From the NCBI GenBank assembly GCA_017883185.1, contig JADGOB010000005.1, positions 1,644-65,643 on the forward strand: DNA of 64,000 bases, in the 5' to 3' direction. Under the pieces are notes generated by a model. That model was not told where the DNA came from, ran no database searches, and saw nothing but the letters and a program-made list of their open reading frames with translations. The position numbers were made by a program, and so were the translations under genes. This document shows, piece by piece, positions 9,509 through 16,713 of the stretch; positions within the stretch are counted from its first letter, which is position 1, and each line of letters begins with the position of its first letter. Source of the stretch: Acidobacteriota bacterium (lineage in GTDB: Bacteria > Acidobacteriota > Vicinamibacteria > Vicinamibacterales > Fen-181).

Positions 9509-10615
9509 ATGGTGACGACCACCCGAGTCTTCAACTTCGCGGCCGGACCTGCCGTCCTGCCGCTTCCCGTGCTCGAGGAGGCGCAACGCGACCTGGTGGC
9601 GCTGCCCGGCGTCGGGATGTCGGTGCTCGAGATCAGCCACAGGTCGAAGGCGTTCGAGGCGATTATCGGCGAGTGCGAGGCCAACACGCGCAAGTTGGCC
9701 GGCATTCCCGACAACTATCACGTGCTGTTCCTGCAGGGGGGCGCGACCACCCAGTTCTCGATGGTGCCGATGAACCTGCTGCCAGCCGGTTCGTGGGCGG
9801 ACTATATCGTGACCGGCGCCTGGTCGTCGAAGGCGGTCAAGGAAGCGAAGAAGGTGGGCGCCGTCAACGTGGCGTTCGACAACAAGGCCGAGAACTACCT
9901 CCGGCTCCCGAAGAAGGGAGAGCTGCAGCTGACGCCGGGTGCCGCCTACGTGCACGTCACGACCAACGAGACGATCCACGGCGTCGAGTTCCACCAATTG
10001 CCCGACTTCGGCGACGCGACGGTGGTGGCGGACACTTCGTCGCACATGTTCAGCCGCCCGATCGACGTCACGAAGTACGGGTTGATCTACGCGGGCGCGC
10101 AGAAGAACATCGGCCCAGCGGGTGCGACGCTCGTCATCGTCCGCGACGACCTGGTGAAGAAGGCCGCCGAGCGGCCGTCGTACGCGAACCTCCCGGTCAT
10201 GCTGCAGTACGGCACGCACGTCTCCGAGAAGTCGCTCTACAACACGCCGCCCTGCTTCACGATCTACACGATCGGGCTGGTGATGAAGTGGCTGGTTGCA
10301 ATCGGCGGCCTCGAGGGAATCGACAAGATCAACGAGCGCAAGGCCGGGAAGCTGTACGCGGAGATCGACCGCACCGGTTTCTACCGCGGCCACGCGGCGA
10401 AGGACTGCCGCTCGCGGATGAACGTCACCTTCCGGCTGCCGAACGAGGAACTCGAGGCGAAGTTCGTGAAGGAATCGAAGGCGGCGGGCCTCGACGGCCT
10501 GAAGGGCCATCGCTCGGTGGGCGGCCTGCGCGCGTCGATCTACAACGCGTTCCCGGAGGAAGGCGTGGACGTCCTCGTGTCGTTCATGCAGGATTTTGAA
10601 CGCAAGAACGGATAA
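9509..10615 (+). CDS. serC: phosphoserine aminotransferase
   Basis: VFNFAAGPAVLP...EISHRSKAFEAII...AGAQKNIGPAG...GHRSVGGLRASIYNA; this is a textbook SerC. Confidence 0.95.
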   Translation: MVTTTRVFNFAAGPAVLPLPVLEEAQRDLVALPGVGMSVLEISHRSKAFEAIIGECEANTRKLAGIPDNYHVLFLQGGATTQFSMVPMNLLPAGSWADYIVTGAWSSKAVKEAKKVGAVNVAFDNKAENYLRLPKKGELQLTPGAAYVHVTTNETIHGVEFHQLPDFGDATVVADTSSHMFSRPIDVTKYGLIYAGAQKNIGPAGATLVIVRDDLVKKAAERPSYANLPVMLQYGTHVSEKSLYNTPPCFTIYTIGLVMKWLVAIGGLEGIDKINERKAGKLYAEIDRTGFYRGHAAKDCRSRMNVTFRLPNEELEAKFVKESKAAGLDGLKGHRSVGGLRASIYNAFPEEGVDVLVSFMQDFERKNG

Positions 10616-10617
10616 GC

Positions 10618-10680
10618 GGCAGACAGCCGGCAGCCGGCAGCCGACTCCCGACAGCGGGCAGCTGTCAGCGGGCAGCCTGC
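10618..10680 (+). repeat. nine imperfect tandem heptamers, consensus AGCNGNC
   Basis: GGCAGAC AGCCGGC AGCCGGC AGCCGAC TCCCGAC AGCGGGC AGCTGTC AGCGGGC AGCCTGC. The tract starts 3 nt after the serC stop. Confidence 0.75.
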
Positions 10681-10733
10681 CGCGCGATGCCCAGGGCGGC
10701 GCGGGACTTCCATCCCGTGCCGTGACGACGATC

Positions 10734-10772
10734 CGGGCCGCCCGATGCCTATCGGGCGGCCCGTCGCTTTTC
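10734..10772 (+). terminator. Rho-independent terminator downstream of serC
   Basis: Perfect 13-bp stem CGGGCCGCCCGAT / ATCGGGCGGCCCG with loop GCCT, followed by TCGCTTTTC. Confidence 0.7.
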
Positions 10773-11065
10773 GCGGTGAGTATCTCCGCTGGCCGCCTTC
10801 CCTCGATCAACTGGCCGGTGAGGCGGCGGACGCGGCCCGGTCTGTCCTGCCGGGCTCCGCTCGGCAGACCTCGCAAGTCGCCCGTCACGCCAACCCGGGC
10901 CACGTCCGCCTCTCTCGTCTGGCCGGCGGCTGTGGGGCGACAGCGGCGGACGGGGGTGGGATGGCTCGCGACCCCCGCGGCGCCTTCGGGGCCGTGATCT
11001 TGCAGCGCGGCGCCAAGCCCGGCAGAATGGGGGCCTCCCATGCCGGGAATCGGGGGCCAATCGCC

Positions 11066-12943
11066 ATGCCACCAGACACACAGACCGTTCGCGAACGCGC
11101 CGAGCAGTTCCTGAAGGCCGCGGCCGACTTTCACCTGGGCAGCCTCCTCACGGAGTCGTCGCACCCACGCACGGTCGACTTGAGCGACGTGGCTCGCGGG
11201 AGCGCCGAGGCGGGCCTGGCCGCGCTCTTCGACGTGGACCGCGACGTCGTCGCGAAGTACGTCGCCTGGTCGCAGACCAAGCAGCCCGGACGGATGGCTC
11301 GGGCCGCTCTTGAGACACTGAGACGAGGGGGGCGCATCTTTTTCACCGGCTGCGGCGCCACCGGGCGACTCAGCATCCAGCTCGATTCCATCTGGCGCGC
11401 CTTCTGGCAGGACCGGCGGGCGGGCGGGAACGCCGCGCCCTCTCCCGATGGGTGGGAAGACCGCACGCGAAGCGTGATGGCGGGCGGCGACTACGCGCTG
11501 ATCAAGTCGGTCGAAGGCTTCGAGGATTTCGCGCCTTTCGGCCGCAAGCAGATTGCAGACATGGGCCTCGCAGCAGGCGACGTGGTCTTTGCGATTACGG
11601 AGGGCGGAGAGACGTCCTTCGTGATCGGCACCGCCTGGCAGGGCGTCGAAACCGGTGCGCGCGTCTTCTTCGTCTATAACAACCCGGACGATGTCCTCCG
11701 CGACGTGCGGCGCAGCCGCGAGGTGCTGGACGATCCACGCATCGAGAAGATCAACCTGACGTCCGGTCCCATGGCGGTCACGGGCTCGACGCGGATGCAG
11801 GCGACGAGCATCGAGTTGCTGGCCATGCTGACCGTCCTCGAGGTGGTGCTGCGCGATCTCCTGGGCGCGAACGGCCGGCTCGGCGCCGGGGTCGGGAGGG
11901 CCGAGGACGTGGTGGCCGAGATGAGGACCGCGATCGAAGAGGTTCACGCCGAACTCTCGAGTTCACGCGTCCTGCAGCCGCTCGCGCGGATCGTGGAGAC
12001 TGAGGAGCGGGCCTACCGCGGCGGCGCACGGACGTCCTACTTTGCCCATTCGCTGGGCATCGACGTGCTCACAGACACGACCGAGCGCAGCCCCACGTTC
12101 TGCACGCCGTCGTTCAGGAAATGGGACGACACCGAGGCGTCGGAGTCGTGGGCCTTCCTCTTCACCCCGGAGGCGACGACCGAGGCGGCGTGGCCCGGCC
12201 TGCTGCGCCGTGCCCCGCAGACCATCGAATGGACCGAGGAGGACCTCCGCGCGCTCCTCGACGACGAGGCGGCGGCCCGGCAGGCGGCAGTGCTCCGCGA
12301 TATCGGGCATCGCGATCTGATGCGGTTCCGCATCGGGTTGGACGGCCTTGCATACAGGCCGATCCGAAAGGGCGACGCCGTCACCCTCGTCGTGTCCGAG
12401 GCCGACTTGCTCCTGCTGGCCGCCCCCGGCGCGACCTTCGCGAGTTGCCTGATGACCGCGTCCGAACGCGGGGCGGACGGGATGCTGATCGCGGTCGGCC
12501 GGCGGGAAGCCATCGACGGCCTGGCCTCGTCAGCCGGGCGCCGGCTGGCCAGCCGGTTCGTGGCATTGACCGTTCCCGACACGCCATTCCTGCTGAATCC
12601 GATGACCAGGATCGGCGTGAAGATGCTGCTGAACGCGCTGTCCACCTGCACGATGGTGCGCCTGGGGCGGGTGCTGGGCAACCGGATGATCTGGGTGGTC
12701 CCGAGCAACCTGAAGCTGATCGACCGGTCCACCCGATACGTCCGGGACCTGGCGAAGGTGTCGTACGAGCAGGCGTGCCACACGCTGTTCGAGGTCATCG
12801 ACTACGTCGAGCCTCGCCGCAGCGCGGGAAAGGCCTATCCGCCGCCGGTCGGCGTGGCCATGATGCGCCTGCGTCATCAGATCGGATTGGAAGAAGCGGA
12901 GGCCAGGATTCTCGAGGAGCTGTCGATCGCACCCGGCCCCTGA
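11066..12943 (+). CDS. double-SIS protein of the MurQ / glucokinase-regulatory-protein (GKRP) family
   Basis: Real part of ORF 10745..12943, from MPPDTQT. SIS1 has FFTGCGATGRLS...ITEGGETSFV...GSTRMQATS. A second SIS-like half ends with the MurQ-type C-terminus KMLLNALSTCTMVRLGRVLGNRMIWVVPSNLKLIDRSTRYV. At 625 aa it is about twice the size of MurQ. Confidence 0.7.
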   Translation: MPPDTQTVRERAEQFLKAAADFHLGSLLTESSHPRTVDLSDVARGSAEAGLAALFDVDRDVVAKYVAWSQTKQPGRMARAALETLRRGGRIFFTGCGATGRLSIQLDSIWRAFWQDRRAGGNAAPSPDGWEDRTRSVMAGGDYALIKSVEGFEDFAPFGRKQIADMGLAAGDVVFAITEGGETSFVIGTAWQGVETGARVFFVYNNPDDVLRDVRRSREVLDDPRIEKINLTSGPMAVTGSTRMQATSIELLAMLTVLEVVLRDLLGANGRLGAGVGRAEDVVAEMRTAIEEVHAELSSSRVLQPLARIVETEERAYRGGARTSYFAHSLGIDVLTDTTERSPTFCTPSFRKWDDTEASESWAFLFTPEATTEAAWPGLLRRAPQTIEWTEEDLRALLDDEAAARQAAVLRDIGHRDLMRFRIGLDGLAYRPIRKGDAVTLVVSEADLLLLAAPGATFASCLMTASERGADGMLIAVGRREAIDGLASSAGRRLASRFVALTVPDTPFLLNPMTRIGVKMLLNALSTCTMVRLGRVLGNRMIWVVPSNLKLIDRSTRYVRDLAKVSYEQACHTLFEVIDYVEPRRSAGKAYPPPVGVAMMRLRHQIGLEEAEARILEELSIAPGP

Positions 12944-12976
12944 ACGGAGAGCTCCCCGAAATCCGTCTGCCGTCGG

Positions 12977-14308
12977 CTATTTCTTCACGAACTTCTTCAC
13001 GAACTGCCCGACCAGCTGTTCCAGGTTCGGCGTGCCGATTTCCTGCAGCTGGTAGGTCACGCGCACGGTCGGCTTCTTGATCTTGACGATGCGGTTGAGG
13101 TCGATTGGCGTGCCGATGACGACGACATCGCACGGCACCTTGTTGATCGTCGCCTCGAGGTCTTTCACCTGTTCGGTGCCGTAACCCATCGCGGGCAGCA
13201 GCATCCCGATTCCCGGGTACTTCTTGTAGGTCTCGGTGATCGACCGCACGGTGTAGGGCCTCGGGTCCACCAGCTCGCTCGCGCCGTACTTCTGCGCGGC
13301 GACCACGCCGGCGCCGATCTTCATCTCACCGTGCGTGAGCGTCGGCCCGTCCTCGACCACTAGCGCCCGCTTGCCGGTCAGCCGCTCCGGGTGGTCGATG
13401 AAGATGGGCGATGCGGCATCGACCACCACCGCCTTCGCGTTCACCGTCCGGATGTTCGCGCGCAACTGGTCAACGGCCTTCGGATCGGCGCTGTCGATCT
13501 TGTTGATGATGACGATGTCCGCCATGCGGAGGTTGGCCTCGGCCGGGTAGTAGGACAGCTCGTTGCCGACGCGCAGCGGGTCGGCCACGACGATCGCCAG
13601 GTCGGGCTTGTAGAACGGCATGTCGTTGTTGCCGCCGTCCCACAGGATGACGTCTGCTTCGGCCTGAGCCTGCTCGAGGATGGCGCCGTAGTCCACGCCG
13701 GCGTAGATGATGATCCCCTCGACGATGTGCGGCTCGTACTCCTCCATCTCCTCGATGGTGCACTTGTGCTTCTTGAGGTCGGCCAGGCTCCCGTAGCGCT
13801 GCACCTTCTGCTTCTCGAGGTCGCCGTACGGCATCGGGTGGCGGATGGCGGCAACCTTCAGCCCGTGCTGCTGCAGCAGGTGCGCGACGCGGCGGCTGGT
13901 CTGGCTCTTGCCCGACCCGGTGCGCACGGCGCAAACGGAGATCACCGGCTTCGTGCTCTGAATCATCGTCGGCTGCGCGCCGAGCAGCTTGAAGTGGGCC
14001 CCGCACGCGTTGGCGATCGAGCTCCGGCTCATCACGTAGTTGTAGCGCACATCGCTGTAGGCGAAGACCACCTCTTCGACCTTGTGCTTGCGGATCAGCG
14101 ACTCGAGCTGCAACTCGGCCACGATCGGGATCCCCTTTGGGTAGAGGCGGCCGGCGAGCGATGCCGGGTACTTCCGCCCGTCGATGTTGGGGATCTGGGT
14201 GGCGGTGAACGCCACGACCTCGTAGCGCTCGTTGTCACGATAGACGGTGTTGAAATTGTGGAAGTCGCGCCCGGCGGCTCCCATGATGATGGTCTTGATC
14301 CGGTGCAT
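12977..14308 (-). CDS. P-loop GTPase of the cyclic 2,3-diphosphoglycerate synthetase (cPGS)-like family
   Basis: Real part of ORF 12977..14557, from MHRIKTIIMGAAGRDFHNF. Walker A is AVRTGSGKSQTS, there is a WDGGNND segment, and IINKID gives an NKxD guanine-specificity motif. Confidence 0.7.
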   Translation of the reverse strand: MHRIKTIIMGAAGRDFHNFNTVYRDNERYEVVAFTATQIPNIDGRKYPASLAGRLYPKGIPIVAELQLESLIRKHKVEEVVFAYSDVRYNYVMSRSSIANACGAHFKLLGAQPTMIQSTKPVISVCAVRTGSGKSQTSRRVAHLLQQHGLKVAAIRHPMPYGDLEKQKVQRYGSLADLKKHKCTIEEMEEYEPHIVEGIIIYAGVDYGAILEQAQAEADVILWDGGNNDMPFYKPDLAIVVADPLRVGNELSYYPAEANLRMADIVIINKIDSADPKAVDQLRANIRTVNAKAVVVDAASPIFIDHPERLTGKRALVVEDGPTLTHGEMKIGAGVVAAQKYGASELVDPRPYTVRSITETYKKYPGIGMLLPAMGYGTEQVKDLEATINKVPCDVVVIGTPIDLNRIVKIKKPTVRVTYQLQEIGTPNLEQLVGQFVKKFVKK

Positions 14309-14349
14309 GTAGTCCTCGCTGCCTTTGATGATTGATGGAGGGGTGATCC

Positions 14350-15540
14350 CTATCCTTCGATGACCTTCTTGATCCGCTCGACCGCCCAGTCGATCTCGTC
14401 CTTCGTGATGACGAGCGGCGGGGCGAACCTGATGACATGCTCGTGGGTTTCCTTGCAGAGGATGCCCTCTTCCTTCAGCCTTTCGCAGTAGGGGCGGGCC
14501 GCGCCGGTCATCTCGACGCCAATCCACAGCCCGAGGCCGCGCACCTGCTTCAGGCACGGGCTCTTGATCTCCTGCAGCCGTCCGAGGAAGTACAGCCCGA
14601 GTTCCGCCGACCGCTCCACCATCTTCTCGTCCACCAGCGCCCGCAGGGACGCCCGCGCGATCGCGCAGGCCAGCGGGTTGCCGCCGAAGGTGCTGCCGTG
14701 ATCACCCGGCTTGAAGACGCCGAGCACCTCCTTGGACGACAGGACGGCGGACACCGGGTAGAAGCCGCCTGACAACGCCTTGCCGATGATCACCATGTCG
14801 GGCTTGATGCCCTCGTGCATGTAGGTGAACAGCTTGCCGGTCCGCCCAAGCCCCGACTGGATCTCGTCGGCCAGGAACAGCACGTTGTTCCGGCGGCACG
14901 CGTCCCAGGCCTCGCGCAGGAAGCCGGCCCGAGGGATGACGATCCCCGCCTCTCCCTGAATCGGTTCGACGAGGAACGCGCAGGTATTCGGTGTGATCGC
15001 CTCGATCAGCGCCTTCGTGTCGCCGTAGGGGATGATCGTGAAGCCCGGCGTGAACGGGCCGAAGCCGTCGCGGTACTGCGCATCGGTCGAGAAGCTGACG
15101 ATGGTGATCGTGCGGCCGTGGAAGTTGTTCGAGCAGGCGATGATGTCCGCCTGGCCGTCTGGGATGCCCTTGACCGTGTAGCCCCATTTCCGCGCGGCCT
15201 TCACCGCGGTCTCGACCGCCTCGGCGCCGGAGTTCATCGGCAGCGCCACCTCGAAGCCGGTGAGGTCGTGCAGTTCCTTGTAGAGCAGCGGCAACTGGTC
15301 GTTGCGGAAGGCGCGCGAGGTCAACGTGACCTTGCGCGCCTGGTCCAGCATCGCCTGCATGATCTTCGGGTGGCAGTGTCCCTGGTTCACCGCCGAGTAC
15401 GCCGCCAGGCAGTCCAGGTACTTCTTGCCATCCACGTCGTAGACCCACACCCCCTCGGCGCGCTCGATCACGACATCGAGCGGGTGGTAGTTGTGGGCGC
15501 CGTACTCGTCCTCGAGCCTGATGAAATCCTCTGTCTGCAT
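14350..15540 (-). CDS. rocD: ornithine--oxo-acid aminotransferase
   Basis: Starts at [43 protein letters not shown], with [24 protein letters not shown] and STFGGNPLA. Confidence 0.9.
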   Translation of the reverse strand: MQTEDFIRLEDEYGAHNYHPLDVVIERAEGVWVYDVDGKKYLDCLAAYSAVNQGHCHPKIMQAMLDQARKVTLTSRAFRNDQLPLLYKELHDLTGFEVALPMNSGAEAVETAVKAARKWGYTVKGIPDGQADIIACSNNFHGRTITIVSFSTDAQYRDGFGPFTPGFTIIPYGDTKALIEAITPNTCAFLVEPIQGEAGIVIPRAGFLREAWDACRRNNVLFLADEIQSGLGRTGKLFTYMHEGIKPDMVIIGKALSGGFYPVSAVLSSKEVLGVFKPGDHGSTFGGNPLACAIARASLRALVDEKMVERSAELGLYFLGRLQEIKSPCLKQVRGLGLWIGVEMTGAARPYCERLKEEGILCKETHEHVIRFAPPLVITKDEIDWAVERIKKVIEG

Positions 15541-15567
15541 CTGTCTCTCCTCGTCACCCGATCTCAA

Positions 15568-15594
15568 CCACAAAGGCCACAAAGGACACAAAGA
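15568..15594. repeat. three tandem nonamers CCACAAAGG CCACAAAGG ACACAAAGA
   Basis: Read directly from the sequence. Lies in the 212-nt gap between the ATCase-like stop and the rocD start. Confidence 0.7.
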
Positions 15595-15675
15595 CGATGC
15601 GTGCCCAGCGACCGCACAATGCAGTGGTCGCGCGGTGGCGCCACCCGGTCGAAGCCCTCAGCGGGTAGCCGCGGC

Positions 15676-15706
15676 GATCTCCGTGATCTCCGTGGTTGTC
15701 TCCCGT
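15676..15706. repeat. tandem nonamers GATCTCCGT GATCTCCGT GGTTGTCTCCCGT (reverse complement ACGGAGATC x2)
   Basis: Read directly from the sequence; same intergenic gap as the previous tract. Confidence 0.7.
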
Positions 15707-15752
15707 CGTCGTCAGCTGGCCTTCTGCCCGAGCAGGGCTTCGGCCCTGCTCT

Positions 15753-16664
15753 CTACTGTTCGTCCCACAACATCGTCAGCAGCGCCATGCGGACGTACAG
15801 CCCGTTGGTCGCCTGGCGGAAGTACAGCGCCCGGGGGTCTTCGTCCACCGACTTGTCGATCTCGACCGTCCGCGGCAGCGGGTGCAGGATCAACGCATCC
15901 CGCTTCATCGTCTGGAGCACCGACGCGTTGATCGTGTAGCGGCCATGGCTGCCCCGGTCCGTCAGTCGCTCCGGGCGGATGCGCGTCTGGTAGACGACGT
16001 CCACCTCGCGAAGCACCTTCGCCGTATCCTGTTCGAGGGCAAACCAGACGTCGTGCTCCTCGAGGTGCTCGAGGATGTCCGCCTTCATCTGCATTTCGGG
16101 CGGGCTGACGAAATAGATCTTCACCCGCTCGAACTTGCTGAGCAGGTAGGCGAGCGACCGCACGGTCCGCCCGCGGTCGAGCTCGCCGATGAACGCGATG
16201 CTCAGCCCCTCGATCGGCCGCTCCCGGGAGATCGTGTAGAGGTCGAGGAGTGCCTGCGTCGGGTGCTGCCCACCGTTGCCGTCGCCGGCGTTGATCACCG
16301 GTACCTTCGACACCTGCGCCGCGCGCTTGGCCCCGCCCGCCTGCGTGTGGCGGATGACGATGACGTCCGAGTAGCCGCCGAGGATCCGGATCGTGTCTTC
16401 GAGCTGCTCGCCTTCGACCTCGGACGAGAAGAACCCGGCCTGCTCGGTGGAGAGCACGCGGCCGCCGAGGCGGTACATCGCCGCCTCGAACGAGAACCGG
16501 GTCCTGGTGGACGGCTGGTAGAACAGCGTCGCCATGATCCGGTTGTGATAGTCGTTGGTGCCGCCACGCGCGGCGATCTTCTCCATCTGTCGCGTGCGGC
16601 CGAACAGCTCCATCAGGAGCGGCACGGTGAACTGCTGCGACTCGACGACATGCTGTAGCTTCAT
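15753..16664 (-). CDS. aspartate carbamoyltransferase-family protein (non-canonical active-site residues)
   Basis: Has STRTR, HPTQ, GRTVRS and HPLPR motifs, i.e. the ATCase type rather than OTC. However, SSEVEGEQLEDTIR replaces the SxxKGETLxDTIR loop, and TRIRPER replaces TR(V/I)QxER. Confidence 0.8.
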   Translation of the reverse strand: MKLQHVVESQQFTVPLLMELFGRTRQMEKIAARGGTNDYHNRIMATLFYQPSTRTRFSFEAAMYRLGGRVLSTEQAGFFSSEVEGEQLEDTIRILGGYSDVIVIRHTQAGGAKRAAQVSKVPVINAGDGNGGQHPTQALLDLYTISRERPIEGLSIAFIGELDRGRTVRSLAYLLSKFERVKIYFVSPPEMQMKADILEHLEEHDVWFALEQDTAKVLREVDVVYQTRIRPERLTDRGSHGRYTINASVLQTMKRDALILHPLPRTVEIDKSVDEDPRALYFRQATNGLYVRMALLTMLWDEQ

Positions 16665-16713
16665 AACAATCCGAAGGATTCGGGAGCCGGGATTCAGGTT
16701 CCTCCTGACTCCA

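Noticed and set aside
10618-10680. Possibility that the tandem repeat tracts are CRISPR arrays or coding low-complexity peptides
   Set aside because: The repeat period is only 7-9 nt with no spacers and there are no cas genes. The tracts sit outside supported ORFs, apart from the last few codons of the oppD-like gene.
6705-11947. Very long minus-strand ORFs (6705..9308, 867 aa; 9014..11947, 977 aa)
   Set aside because: They lie antisense to DUF1015, serA, serC and the GKRP-like gene, all of which have strong family motifs. The translations are low-complexity and R/D/H/G/P-rich. This is a typical stop-codon-poor high-GC artefact. The same reasoning rejects 30673..31977(-), 36924..38240(+), 41764..43581(-), 43696..44691(-), 44670..45869(-), 59537..62242(-), 62095..63450(-), 1992..3749(-) and 3881..4939(-).
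16664-16706. AGGAGG located 36 nt upstream of the ATCase-like ATG, with an in-frame CTG at 16697 as a possible alternative start
   Set aside because: CTG starts are rare, and the 11 extra residues (LNPGSRILRIV) match nothing at ATCase N-termini. I kept the ATG at 16664. The intervening AATCC-TTC-GGATT hairpin is too small to interpret.
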